NCBI GenBank assembly: GCA_045534435.1
Contig: JAZSJS010000030.1
Coordinates: 1-59,247 of the forward strand
Source of the DNA: Eubacteriales bacterium
GTDB taxonomy: Bacteria; Bacillota; Clostridia; Oscillospirales; CAG-272
Reading direction: 5' to 3'
Length of the DNA stretch: 59,247 nt
Of this stretch, positions 19,780 through 29,431 are shown one piece after another. Position 1 is the stretch's first letter; each line of letters starts with the position of its first letter. Made by a program: the position numbers and the translations under genes. Under the pieces are notes generated by a model. It did not search any database and was not told the origin of the DNA. It saw only the letters and a program-made list of their open reading frames with translations.

Positions 19780-20583
19780 ATGCAAGAAAACAATATTCAT
19801 AAAAACCACAGAAAACGAGTCTTTGAACGAGGCTTGAAATACGGATTGGAGTCCATGACGGACGTTCAGCTCTTGGAATCGCTTTTGTTTTACGCGCGTC
19901 CGAGGGTGGATACCAATCCCATCGCGCACGCGCTCCTGGAGGAGTTCGGTTCGGTCAGACAGGTGCTTCAGGCAAGAACCGACGAGCTTTGCCGTGTGGA
20001 CGGCGTTGGAGAGACGAGTGCCTATCTGCTTCGGTTGATCACCGAGCTGATGAAAAGATATGAGCAGGAGCCGATCAAAAAGGGAACCTCATTTCGCGAG
20101 CTGCATCAGATCGGTGACTATATTCATCCGTATTTTATCGGCTTGAACGTCGAGCGCTTGTATTTGATGATGTTCAACAACCGAATGAATCTGATCGATT
20201 GCGTGCTGATCTCGGAGGGCGTGATCAACTGCACCGACGCATCCTTGCGAAAGATCTCCGAGATCGTTTTGAACAAGGGCGCGGCGGCAGTGGCTCTGGC
20301 GCACAATCATCCGAACGGCGTTGCCTATCCGTCGGCACAGGATCTGAGCATGACCTCAACGATCGAGGGCTTTTTGAGGACGATTAACGTGACCCTTTTG
20401 GAGCATTTTGTATTCAATGAACGTCGTTATTATCCGATCATGAAGAATCATTACAGCAATTTTCGTGCCTCTCCAATCACGGGGGAGATCGAGAATGAGT
20501 TTTACGATCGGTTCTATCGGGACGTCGACGGTGTCTGTGAGGTTGCTCCGCTTTTTGCGGAAAATACCGAGAAATCGACGTGA
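19780..20583 (+). CDS. radC: RadC-family JAB/MPN domain protein
   Basis: N-terminal HhH-like segment (LLESLLFYARPRVDTNPIAHALLEEFGS) and JAMM motif HNHPNG...PSAQD. The start is ambiguous: the ATG at 19780 has the better RBS, and an ATG at 19759 is also in frame. Confidence 0.8.
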   Translation: MQENNIHKNHRKRVFERGLKYGLESMTDVQLLESLLFYARPRVDTNPIAHALLEEFGSVRQVLQARTDELCRVDGVGETSAYLLRLITELMKRYEQEPIKKGTSFRELHQIGDYIHPYFIGLNVERLYLMMFNNRMNLIDCVLISEGVINCTDASLRKISEIVLNKGAAAVALAHNHPNGVAYPSAQDLSMTSTIEGFLRTINVTLLEHFVFNERRYYPIMKNHYSNFRASPITGEIENEFYDRFYRDVDGVCEVAPLFAENTEKST

Positions 20584-20620
20584 AAACAGGGCGAGCTTGA
20601 GAAGCTCACCCTGTTTTTTT
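20583..20620. terminator. Bidirectional terminator between radC and eno
   Basis: AAAA CAGGGCGAGCTT GAG AAGCTCACCCTG TTTTTTT, a 12-bp stem with one mismatch. Confidence 0.8.
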
Positions 20621-20624
20621 CGCT

Positions 20625-21932
20625 TTATTTGACTCCCATCTTTTTCTTCGAGGGAACTGTCGCTCGGTCAAGTCCGTAGCGCGCATTGGCGCCCAGAGAG
20701 GACTCGATGCGGAGCAGGCGGTTGTATTTTGCCACGCGTTCGCTGCGGCAGGGCGCGCCGGACTTGATGAAGGGCGCGTTGAGTGCCACGCAAAGATCGG
20801 AAAGCGTGGTATCCTCGGTCTCGCCGCTGCGGTGGGAGGGGATGAAGCGATAGCCCGCGTCTCTGGCAACGCTGATGACGTTGATGACCTCGCTCAGCGT
20901 GCCGATCTGATTCGGCTTGATCAGGATCGTATTCGCCGCACCGCGACGGATGCCCTCTCGCAGCCGCTTTTCGTTGGTGACAAACAGATCGTCTCCGACG
21001 AGCATCAATTGATCTCCGAGCTTTTCGGTCAGCTCGCGCCAGCCGTCGAAGTCGCGCTGGTCCAAGCCGTCCTCAATCGAAAACAGAGGATATTTTTTCG
21101 CAAGAGACACCCAATTTTCGATGAGACCGGAGCGGCTGTAAATCTTTCCTCTTTTGGAGAGGTGATAGCTCCCATCCTCGTGAAACCATTCGCCCGCGGC
21201 ACAGTCCAGGGCGATCTTGACGCGCTCGGTGTCATAGCCGCTTTCCTCAATGGCGCGGCAGATCAGTTCAAGCGCGGCCTCGTCGTCGTTCAGATTGGGA
21301 GCAAAGCCGCCCTCGTCTCCGACCGTGGTGGCAAAGCCTTCGGCACGCAGAATTTTTCCGAGCGTATGATAGATCTCACATCCGATGCGGATGGCCTCGG
21401 CAAAGGAGGAGGCGCCCACGGGCGCGATCATAAATTCCTGGATCTCCACGTTGTTGGAGGCGTGCGCACCGCCGTTGAGAATGTTCATCATGGGGATGGG
21501 CAGACGCTCGGCAGAAGCGCCGCCGAGGTATCGGTAAAGCGGGAGATGATACCAATTTGCGGCGGCTCGCGCGGCCGCGAGAGAGACCGAGAGCATGGCG
21601 TTTGCGCCGAGTCGGCTCTTGTTATCCGTGCCGTCCAGATCGCAAAGAATGTTGTCGATCTCGGCTTGCTCGGAGGCATAGATTCCCGAAAGCGCGGGAG
21701 AGATGATCTTGGAGACGTTCGCGGTCGCGTTCAGGACTCCTTTTCCGTGATAGCGTCTGCGGTCGCCGTCTCGAAGCTCGCATGCCTCGTAAATTCCGGT
21801 AGATGCGCCGGAGGGAACGCTCGCCACTCCGACGGTTCCGTCCGTCAAAAATACGGTGGTTTCAACGGTCGGATTGCCGCGCGAATCCAGAATTTCTCTG
21901 GCGCAACAGCGAATGATTTGCGGTTTGTTCAT
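20625..21932 (-). CDS. eno: Enolase (phosphopyruvate hydratase)
   Basis: 435 aa. Motifs AREILDSRGNPTVE, SVPSGASTG, IKPNQIGTLSE, SHRSGETEDT and KYNRLLRIE. Confidence 0.93.
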   Translation of the reverse strand: MNKPQIIRCCAREILDSRGNPTVETTVFLTDGTVGVASVPSGASTGIYEACELRDGDRRRYHGKGVLNATANVSKIISPALSGIYASEQAEIDNILCDLDGTDNKSRLGANAMLSVSLAAARAAANWYHLPLYRYLGGASAERLPIPMMNILNGGAHASNNVEIQEFMIAPVGASSFAEAIRIGCEIYHTLGKILRAEGFATTVGDEGGFAPNLNDDEAALELICRAIEESGYDTERVKIALDCAAGEWFHEDGSYHLSKRGKIYSRSGLIENWVSLAKKYPLFSIEDGLDQRDFDGWRELTEKLGDQLMLVGDDLFVTNEKRLREGIRRGAANTILIKPNQIGTLSEVINVISVARDAGYRFIPSHRSGETEDTTLSDLCVALNAPFIKSGAPCRSERVAKYNRLLRIESSLGANARYGLDRATVPSKKKMGVK

Positions 21933-22163
21933 ATCAAGCTTGTCCTTTCGTGGAAAATTTTCGGGGATAACCATATTATGGACTCGTTTGTCATCGGATA
22001 TTCATTTGAGAGGGGGAAGATCGCAGCGATACTCCGCGATCGGTCTTTTGTTGGAATTTTTTTGGTGAAATTTTGCAAGAAATCTTGACTTTTTTTTTGA
22101 AGTGTGCTAAACTGAAAACAGGAGAGAGGATGCTCTCCGAATTTTCAGAAGGAGGTTGTTTTG

Positions 22164-22406
22164 ATGGATTTCTTGAAAACACTTTGGCCCACACCCTTCA
22201 AGATCAAGGAGAAGGACGTTGTTTCGTTCCTCGTTCAGTTGATCATCTTCATTGTCGTTTGCGCAGTTGTTGGATTTGTCATCGGACTTCTTGCAAAAAT
22301 CGCAATCATCGGCATCATTTTCGGTCTCATCGGGGCGTTGATCGAGATCTATAGTGTTGTCGGTATCGTTTTGTGTATTTTGAAATTTGTCGGAGTGCTG
22401 AAATAA
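22164..22406 (+). CDS. Small two-TM membrane protein, unknown function
   Basis: 80 aa, very hydrophobic (FLVQLIIFIVVCAVVGFVIGLL...). GGAGG lies 8 nt before the ATG, with a terminator directly downstream. Confidence 0.6.
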   Translation: MDFLKTLWPTPFKIKEKDVVSFLVQLIIFIVVCAVVGFVIGLLAKIAIIGIIFGLIGALIEIYSVVGIVLCILKFVGVLK

Positions 22407-22429
22407 TCACGGCATCAAAGCACAAAAAT

Positions 22430-22466
22430 CCGCTTGATCGTAAGGTCGGGCGGCTTTTTGTTTTTT
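22430..22466 (+). terminator. Intrinsic terminator
   Basis: CCGCTTGATC GTAA GGTCGGGCGG (10-bp stem with G-U pairs), then CTTTTTGTTTTTT. Confidence 0.7.
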
Positions 22467-22521
22467 AGACTTGGTTGAGAAAAAACAATATTTACCAAGA
22501 CAAAAGCTTGCAAGTTTTTTC

Positions 22522-22550
22522 TTGACTTTGTAGGCGAAATATGATATGAT
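22522..22550 (+). promoter_or_regulatory. Sigma-A type promoter for the large surface protein gene
   Basis: TTGACT, 17 nt, TATGAT, with an extended -10 TG. Confidence 0.65.
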
Positions 22551-22610
22551 ATATGTATTATAAAAATTTATCATTAATATAAGAATCTTTCAAATAAAGG
22601 AGCATTCCGA

Positions 22611-25600
22611 ATGAAACGGAAATATCAGTGGACTGCCGTGATCGCGGCGGTACTTTTGGCGAGTATTCTGCTTTCTGCAGTGCTTTCCGCGCAAGCAACA
22701 GAGGATATCAATCATCACCTTCAATATGGAAATCCGACCGACCGAGAGCCGGAGGAGTTGTCTGCATTGGACTTTTTTGAACTGCTTTTTGACGTGACAC
22801 CGAGCGAAGCGGAACGGACCTATTTGGAGCAGCTCTCCTCGCTGACCTTGACGTACAGTGCCACGAGTGCGGTGCTCGGAGACGGCATCTCCGCCTTTTT
22901 TGACAAGGAAACCAATTATCTCAAGGTGGTTGTCAAGTCCTATACATATACCGCCGAGAACGGAGAAACGGTGGAATGGATTCCGCAAAGCGCGCGGATC
23001 GAGCTCAACGGAACGCTTTTTGAGCACTCGTTTGCACATGAGGATGGATTCTACACGGCCTCCTTTTCCGAAATTTACCATTCGGGAGACTTTGACGTGG
23101 AGGTGACCTTTGCCTGGGAGGAAGAGGTGTCTGAGGAGGTTGCCGAGGCGCTTCTCAACGATGCTTACCGTGCGGGAAGGGAAGCCCTGGATGTGATTCT
23201 TGAGGACGAGGCAAAGCAGGCGGACTATGACGCACGATTGGCAGCATATGAGGCATATCAGGAATATCTCCGAAAGAAAAAAGAATTTGACGACTATACG
23301 GTGGCACTTCGGTTTCACACGGAGACCGCTCTGCCTGCTTACCGCGATTATCAGGCCTCTGTGTCCTCTTATCAAGCCGACACTGAGGCATATGAGGAAT
23401 GGCAACGCTACTTTAACGTGATCAGCAGCGGAGCCACCTTTGAGGATTACGTAAAATATCAGAATTATCTGTTGCAGATCGATCGCATAAAGCAAAGGTT
23501 GAACGTGCTTGAGGTGCTTTTCCTCAAGGACAGCAACAACTGGCATTTTTATGATTCCTTGATGGGAGGCTCGGTGACGGCGGCGCTGCTCGGCAACAAG
23601 GACAAGCTGGATGCTGCCGGCTACAAGAACGAGGTGCAGGCAGCAGAGGAATCGACGGTCGCGCTACGCACCCTGATGAAGGGATACAGCGATCTTCGTG
23701 ATGCCCAATATGCCTCCGAGCATGACAAAACCGTTGCGCTTTACCGTTATTATTTGGCAAATTACACCGCGCTCTGTAACAACTTCGTCAAGCTGACGGA
23801 TGCGCTTTATACATTTTTGTGCAGTCCGTCGATCAGTAGCGGAATCAAACTTCAAGGAGGCGAGAAGCGCTTTGCACACTATGAGCAATTCGTCGCTCTG
23901 TTGTACACGACGAGTACGGCGCTTGACGACGGAGTAAAGAGACCCGAGCAGTGGGGATATGCCGCCGGGAATTATACCGCGTTTTTGGATGCAGAGATTT
24001 TGGTGAGCGACAACAACAAAGCAACGCCTGCCGAGGCGGATATCCCGGCGGCAGAGGTTCCTTTTGTGGATTGGATGGATGCACCGCCCTCACTTCCGCA
24101 GATCATGAAAAAACCGGTTTTGGAGAACTATTTGAGCGACGCGGTCAAAGCATATCTTGCCGAATACGGAAAAAATTCCTTGGATCAAGAGCCCAAGGCT
24201 CCCAAGGTCGTGGAGGATCCGAACAAGGGAACGGTTCCCGCGTCTGCGGAGCATCCCGGCACAGCACCCACACCCACCCAAATCGACACTCGATTGCGCA
24301 ATCTGGCGAGCGAGGTGAGAGCGGGGCGCTTGCGGGAGCGTTCTTTGACAGATTCCACACCACTCCTCCGCCTGGTGAAGAGAGTGGAAAAATTGGTCTC
24401 TTCGGTTGAGAACAAGCGCGTGATCATCTTCTATTCCTATGACCGTCAAACGGTTTTGGACCGTCAGGTTTTGGAATATGGACAGAGCTTTGCCTATCAA
24501 GGTCCCGAATCTGTCTACACGAGAGAGCCGAGCGACTCTCATACCTATAAGTGGCACGGTTGGTTTTTGGCGGACGGAGAAACGCGAGCCGAAATGGTGG
24601 CAACCTCCGATCTGTCGCTTTACCCACAATACGAGGAAAAGATCCGTTTTTATCCTGTGACCTGGATCTTGGATGGTGTTTCCAGCACTGCCGAGGTGAA
24701 ATACGGAACCTTTCCGAAATGTCCTTTTCAAACAAACAAAGCACCCGATGAAAGGTATACCTACACCTTTTCCGGCTGGCGAGCCGAGGGGGCAGAGGAG
24801 CTCGGTGTGAACATGGTGACGGGTGCCGTGACCTATGTCGGCTCGATCACGCGGACGCCCAGGCCCTATACCGTGACATGGGATCTCGGAGACCGTACGG
24901 AAAGCGTCAGCGTGCCGTACGGAGAGCGCCCTGCTTACAGCGGTGTGCCGCAGAGAGCGCCCGATAAATATACATATAATTTCCTTGGATGGGACAAGCC
25001 GCTGGATTGGGTAAGTGGAGACGTGACTTACGTAGCGGAATGGGAAAAGACGGGATTGGCGACCTCGATTGATGGCACGACGATGGAGATCCTCCACACC
25101 GAGAGCGAAGTGACCGTTGTTGCTACACATTCGCAGGTGGATATTCGTGAAGCGGCAAAGCTGGCACAGGCGAGTGGAAAATCGCTGTCAGTACAGTGGG
25201 ATCAGTTCCGTTTGACCGTGGAAAATGCCGAACTCGGACGGCTGACGGCAGGGGGCTGCCGCCGCGTGCATTTGATCGAAAGACGCGAGGCGGCTGACGG
25301 CATCGTTTATACCTTTGGTTATTTCAACAGTGCGGGACAAGAGCAAAGCATCGATATTTCCGCAACGCTTTGCGGCGTGACGTTGGAAAATGAATCTCCC
25401 TTGGTCGGATACCTTTTGGAGAACGGTGAGTGGCGCTCTGTCGGTACGGAATCGATTGCGGTGAAGGGCGGTGCAAGCTTCCGCTTGAACCGAACTTATC
25501 AAATCGAATTTTTGAATGCGGACAAGTGCAACATCGCAAGCTTCCCGGAGCAGATTGCTGTTGGCACAAGAGTTGACCTGCGCCTGGGATGCGTTTTCGG

Positions 25601-26165
25601 CTACGAGATCTCGGCGGCAAGAGTCACGATGGAGGACGGAACAGAGGTCGCGGTGGAGGGACTTTCCTTCCTGATGCCGAGCGGAAACGTCAGCGTGGAG
25701 CTGACCGTGACGCCGATTCTCTATCACGTCACCTTCGTTTCTGACGGTGTTGTGATCGCCGAGGGAGACTATCTGCTCGGAGAAAAAATCACGCTGCCTG
25801 CAGATCCCACCAAACCCTCCGACGGTGTTTACGACTATACCTTCGGCGGTTGGTCGCAGGACATTACCGTTGCCTACGGGGATGATCGCAATCCCATTTA
25901 TGAGGCGGTCTTTTCGGCAACACCCATAGCGGTTTATCAGACCAAGCTTTCGGTGATCGACATCATTTTGTTGATCGTTCTGCCGATTGTGGGTGGATTG
26001 GCGCTGGTTGGAGGAGGTGTTTTGATCACGCTCCGTGTGATCAAAAAGAAAAAGGTCTCCGCATCCGTCGCAATCGAACCCGAGAGCGAGGTTGAGGAAG
26101 CTGCCGATACAAAGGCAGACAAGTCCGAGGCCTTCGACGAGGAAACCTCCGACGGCGAAGATTAA
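22611..26165 (+). CDS. Large secreted, C-terminally membrane-anchored surface protein with InlB-type B repeats
   Basis: 1184 aa. Signal peptide ending SAQA. Tyr/Glu-rich helical region. At least four Y-x-F/W-x-GW repeat cores (YKWHGW, YTFSGW, YNFLGW, YTFGGW). Single C-terminal TM helix, then KKKK and an acidic tail. Confidence 0.75.
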   Translation: MKRKYQWTAVIAAVLLASILLSAVLSAQATEDINHHLQYGNPTDREPEELSALDFFELLFDVTPSEAERTYLEQLSSLTLTYSATSAVLGDGISAFFDKETNYLKVVVKSYTYTAENGETVEWIPQSARIELNGTLFEHSFAHEDGFYTASFSEIYHSGDFDVEVTFAWEEEVSEEVAEALLNDAYRAGREALDVILEDEAKQADYDARLAAYEAYQEYLRKKKEFDDYTVALRFHTETALPAYRDYQASVSSYQADTEAYEEWQRYFNVISSGATFEDYVKYQNYLLQIDRIKQRLNVLEVLFLKDSNNWHFYDSLMGGSVTAALLGNKDKLDAAGYKNEVQAAEESTVALRTLMKGYSDLRDAQYASEHDKTVALYRYYLANYTALCNNFVKLTDALYTFLCSPSISSGIKLQGGEKRFAHYEQFVALLYTTSTALDDGVKRPEQWGYAAGNYTAFLDAEILVSDNNKATPAEADIPAAEVPFVDWMDAPPSLPQIMKKPVLENYLSDAVKAYLAEYGKNSLDQEPKAPKVVEDPNKGTVPASAEHPGTAPTPTQIDTRLRNLASEVRAGRLRERSLTDSTPLLRLVKRVEKLVSSVENKRVIIFYSYDRQTVLDRQVLEYGQSFAYQGPESVYTREPSDSHTYKWHGWFLADGETRAEMVATSDLSLYPQYEEKIRFYPVTWILDGVSSTAEVKYGTFPKCPFQTNKAPDERYTYTFSGWRAEGAEELGVNMVTGAVTYVGSITRTPRPYTVTWDLGDRTESVSVPYGERPAYSGVPQRAPDKYTYNFLGWDKPLDWVSGDVTYVAEWEKTGLATSIDGTTMEILHTESEVTVVATHSQVDIREAAKLAQASGKSLSVQWDQFRLTVENAELGRLTAGGCRRVHLIERREAADGIVYTFGYFNSAGQEQSIDISATLCGVTLENESPLVGYLLENGEWRSVGTESIAVKGGASFRLNRTYQIEFLNADKCNIASFPEQIAVGTRVDLRLGCVFGYEISAARVTMEDGTEVAVEGLSFLMPSGNVSVELTVTPILYHVTFVSDGVVIAEGDYLLGEKITLPADPTKPSDGVYDYTFGGWSQDITVAYGDDRNPIYEAVFSATPIAVYQTKLSVIDIILLIVLPIVGGLALVGGGVLITLRVIKKKKVSASVAIEPESEVEEAADTKADKSEAFDEETSDGED

Positions 26166-26178
26166 GCCTGATTTTTGG

Positions 26179-26221
26179 GGAGGGGAAATCCCGCGCGGAG
26201 CTCCCCTCCTTGTTTTGATTT
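26179..26221 (+). terminator. Intrinsic terminator after the surface protein gene
   Basis: GGAGGGGA ... TCCCCTCC 8-bp stem followed by TTGTTTTGATTT. Confidence 0.65.
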
Positions 26222-26235
26222 GGCGTGAATTTGGA

Positions 26236-26880
26236 TCAGGAAAAGAACGACCAGGGTGCATCGGTTGGCGTATAGGAAAACTGCATTTCCTTGCCTGTGA
26301 TCGGATGCGGAAAGCACAGACTGTGAGACGCGAGTGCGATGCCGCAGCGGTCGTGTGCGCCGTATTTTCCGTCGCCGAGCAACGGGTGGAGGCGGGAGGA
26401 GAATTGCACGCGGATCTGATGCGTGCGTCCCGTGTGCAGTCTGATCTGTAAAAGAGACAGGATGCCGTATTCCGCATGCTCGGTAACACCGAGCGTGCGG
26501 TAGTCCAGAATCGCCTCCTTGACACCGCGCCGCTCACGGTCGACCACAAAGGTCTTGTTGCGGCTGCGGTCATGGAAGAGCAGATCCTTCAGCGTGTCCT
26601 GCTCCTTGACGGGCATGCCGTGGACAACGGCGAGATATTGCTTTTCGACGGCGTGCGTCCGAATTGCGTCGGAAAGCCTTGCCGTGGCTTGCGGCGTCCG
26701 TGCATAGACCATGACACCGCCAACTCCTCTGTCAAGGCGGTGGACGACACCGACGTAGCCGTTTGGATTGCGCTCTGCCAGGAGATCGGCAAAGCCGCTT
26801 TTGTCGGGTGCTTGCTCGGAAAGCAGCTCGGGTGGCTTGATCGCCACCGTGATCGAATGATCTTCAAACAGTATGTCCAT
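26236..26880 (-). CDS. RluA-family pseudouridine synthase (no S4 domain)
   Basis: Catalytic motif HRLDRGVGGVMVYA, plus GRTHQIRVQF. Start set at MDILFEDH, with AAAGGA upstream. Confidence 0.85.
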   Translation of the reverse strand: MDILFEDHSITVAIKPPELLSEQAPDKSGFADLLAERNPNGYVGVVHRLDRGVGGVMVYARTPQATARLSDAIRTHAVEKQYLAVVHGMPVKEQDTLKDLLFHDRSRNKTFVVDRERRGVKEAILDYRTLGVTEHAEYGILSLLQIRLHTGRTHQIRVQFSSRLHPLLGDGKYGAHDRCGIALASHSLCFPHPITGKEMQFSYTPTDAPWSFFS

Positions 26881-26910
26881 AAAAAATCCTTTTTGAAAGC
26901 GTGATAGAGT

Positions 26911-27729
26911 ATGGAAAAGCATCAAGCATCAAAATTTCATGACGCGCTCACGCGTGAGCGGATGCGAGAGGCACTCGGCGATGCGTTTGACGAGGTCTCC
27001 GTCATCACCCTTGAGGAATGCGGATCGACCAACGACGAGGCAAAAAAGCTGGCGCTTGAGGGCGTATCGCGCCCCGTGCTGATCGTTGCCGACAGACAGC
27101 TTGCGGGAAGAGGACGGCTGGGACGCAGCTTTTATTCGCCCTCGCAAACGGGGCTTTATTGCAGCATTCTGTATCCCACGAACGAGCCTCTGCAGAATGC
27201 GGTCTCGGTCACGGGAGCGGCTTCGGTCGCCGTCATGCGCGCCATTCGAGGCACGGCGGTCAAGGAGACCGAGATCAAGTGGGTGAACGATCTTTATCTG
27301 GATGGAAAAAAGGTTTGCGGAATCCTGACCGAGGCGCTGACGGGCGTTGGAGCGTACGAAGCGCACCTGATCGTGGGGATCGGAGTCAATCTGACGACCG
27401 ATGCCTTTCCCGAGGAGATCTCCTCAATTGCCGGCGCGGTCGGAGGCGCATGTACGTCACGGGCTGAGCTGCTGGCCGCGATCTGGCGGGAGCTGTCTCC
27501 CTATCTGAAGAATCCTTCGGACCGGTCGTGGCTGGAGGACTACCGCTCGCACTCGATGGTGCTGGGACGGCAGATTGAATGGATCCGCGGTGAAGAGCGG
27601 AGGCAGGGAATTGCCTCGGAGATCACCGAGGAGGGCGCGCTTGTCGCTCTGTTGCCGAACGGAGAGCGCGAGCTGCTCCGCACCGGAGATATCTCGGTCA
27701 GAGTCAAGAATTTTGCGTCGGGTCGTTGA
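26911..27729 (+). CDS. birA: Biotin--[acetyl-CoA-carboxylase] ligase (class I, no HTH)
   Basis: Motifs GSTNDEAK, ADRQLAGRGRLGRSFYSP, KWVNDLY and GIGVN. Confidence 0.85.
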   Translation: MEKHQASKFHDALTRERMREALGDAFDEVSVITLEECGSTNDEAKKLALEGVSRPVLIVADRQLAGRGRLGRSFYSPSQTGLYCSILYPTNEPLQNAVSVTGAASVAVMRAIRGTAVKETEIKWVNDLYLDGKKVCGILTEALTGVGAYEAHLIVGIGVNLTTDAFPEEISSIAGAVGGACTSRAELLAAIWRELSPYLKNPSDRSWLEDYRSHSMVLGRQIEWIRGEERRQGIASEITEEGALVALLPNGERELLRTGDISVRVKNFASGR

Positions 27730-28561
27730 GCGGACTGCTTCGCTCTGCGTTCTTGAGGCGGTATTGCGTGGGAGAGAGCCCGACCTTGCGGCGGAAGAGG
27801 CCTGAAAAATAGAACTCGTCCTCAAAGCCGAGATAGGAGGAAACGTCGCGTACGGACATACCCGTTTCGGTCAAAAGCCGACAGGCAAGCTCGATTTTCC
27901 GATGGAGCACGTAGCGATACGGCGGCATTCCCACGGCGGCGCGAAAGAGCCGTTCGGCTTGCGAGGGCGATTTGTGGCAGACCGCGGCAAGCTGCTCCAG
28001 ACGGATCGTGTCGGTTTCGTGCCGATCGATATAGTCCAGCATGGCTTGCACCGGTGTCGGCTCTCCCGAGGCCTCCTTGGAGAGCGTTTTTGACATCCGA
28101 AAGAAAATGCTGTGGATGAGTGCCATGCATTTTTCGGCGCTTCCCGGAAGCTCGGGGTGTGTGGCATAATACTGAAATTTCTGCAAAAGATCCGAGGTGT
28201 CGAGCTTTGGAAAATGGAAGATGCTTTCCACACCGTAGGCTTTTGCAAGACAAGAGACAAACGAGCCCGACAGATTGATCCAGATCTTTTCCCAGGGCTC
28301 TTTTTTGTCGCTTGAATAGAACTGATCCATACCCTGAGACAAAAAGTAGGTGTCTCCCGCACAGGGGGAAAAGTGCTTGTCTCCGATCTGTACGTGACCG
28401 CGCCCGCTGACGATATATTCGATGCAGCAGACGTCGGAGGCAGGGCGGTTGATCAAATAGTTACGGTTTGGGTAGGTCGTTCCGCACATATGAAAGCGCA
28501 GATCCAGATGCGGCGGAAGCGCGTCCGAGATCGTTTTCATTTGAAATATTGTTTCCTTCAT
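27704..28561 (-). CDS. AraC-family transcriptional regulator with cupin-type sensor domain
   Basis: N-terminal cupin segment (HVQIGDKHFSPCAGDTYFL). C-terminal double HTH (LEQLAAVCHKSPSQAERLFR..., VRDVSSYLGFEDEFYFSGLFRRKVG). GGAGG before the ATG. Its 3' end overlaps birA by 26 nt. Confidence 0.85.
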   Translation of the reverse strand: MKETIFQMKTISDALPPHLDLRFHMCGTTYPNRNYLINRPASDVCCIEYIVSGRGHVQIGDKHFSPCAGDTYFLSQGMDQFYSSDKKEPWEKIWINLSGSFVSCLAKAYGVESIFHFPKLDTSDLLQKFQYYATHPELPGSAEKCMALIHSIFFRMSKTLSKEASGEPTPVQAMLDYIDRHETDTIRLEQLAAVCHKSPSQAERLFRAAVGMPPYRYVLHRKIELACRLLTETGMSVRDVSSYLGFEDEFYFSGLFRRKVGLSPTQYRLKNAERSSPLNDPTQNS

Positions 28562-28671
28562 GCGAGCCCTCCTCCCGTCTCTTTTGAACGTATCTATTAT
28601 AACAAATTCTCCCCGACTTGTCAAGAATCAAAAGGGAGACGCCTTGATTTTGGAGGCGTCTCCCCATTTGA

Positions 28672-29373
28672 TTATCTAAAATAGTACAAAAAGCTCATAT
28701 CCTGCTCGGCGTATTGCTCGGGGGTGAACCATTTTTCGCTGTAGTAGTCATCGGTCCATTCCCGGGTTTCCTCGTTATAATAGGCAACCGAATAGAGATA
28801 GCGGTTAGTCTCGGAATAGAAGGTGACGGAGGTGCGCATCTGGGGGAGGAGCTTGCCGTCCTTCCATACGTATTTCGTGGCAATATCGCTGTCGATCGTG
28901 GCGGCGGGAACGTCGAGGTATGCTTTCTCGTCCTCATGTGCGTGAGAAAAACCGAAGACCGCCTTCAGCTCGGCGTTGGCTCTGACGTTATACAAGCCGC
29001 CCAGCTCCTCGGAAAGCAGGTAGTCGTTTTGCTTCGCGTCCCAAAGATAGCAGAGATAGGAAATGCAATCGCCCTCGACCTCGCTCGCGATCATGAGATC
29101 GGTCACACCGTCAAAATTCAGGTCGGTCGCCTCGAATCCGTAGGAGCCGCCGAGCGCGCCAACCTCTCGGTCGACCTTCACCTTTTTCGCCCAAAGGATC
29201 TCGTCGCCCTTTTTCACAACGAGCTGCTTGGCACGCGCATCGCTTCCGCGCACGCAGTATGTAGTGTCACCGACGTCGACCGAATAGAGAAGATCGTATT
29301 TTTCCCGCGCACAGGAGGCGAGGGAAAGCAGGGTGATGGCGCAGAGAAGGAGACAAAGAATTGATTTTTTCAT
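28672..29373 (-). CDS. Lipoprotein, unknown function
   Basis: MKKSILCLLLCAITLLSLASC lipobox, and an FG-GAP/VCBS-like segment DLNFDGVTDLMI. No family recognised. Confidence 0.65.
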   Translation of the reverse strand: MKKSILCLLLCAITLLSLASCAREKYDLLYSVDVGDTTYCVRGSDARAKQLVVKKGDEILWAKKVKVDREVGALGGSYGFEATDLNFDGVTDLMIASEVEGDCISYLCYLWDAKQNDYLLSEELGGLYNVRANAELKAVFGFSHAHEDEKAYLDVPAATIDSDIATKYVWKDGKLLPQMRTSVTFYSETNRYLYSVAYYNEETREWTDDYYSEKWFTPEQYAEQDMSFLYYFR

Positions 29374-29431
29374 GATGATGGGAGGATCCTTTCTCAATGA
29401 TAGGGGACTGTTGACGGGCAACAGTCCCTGT

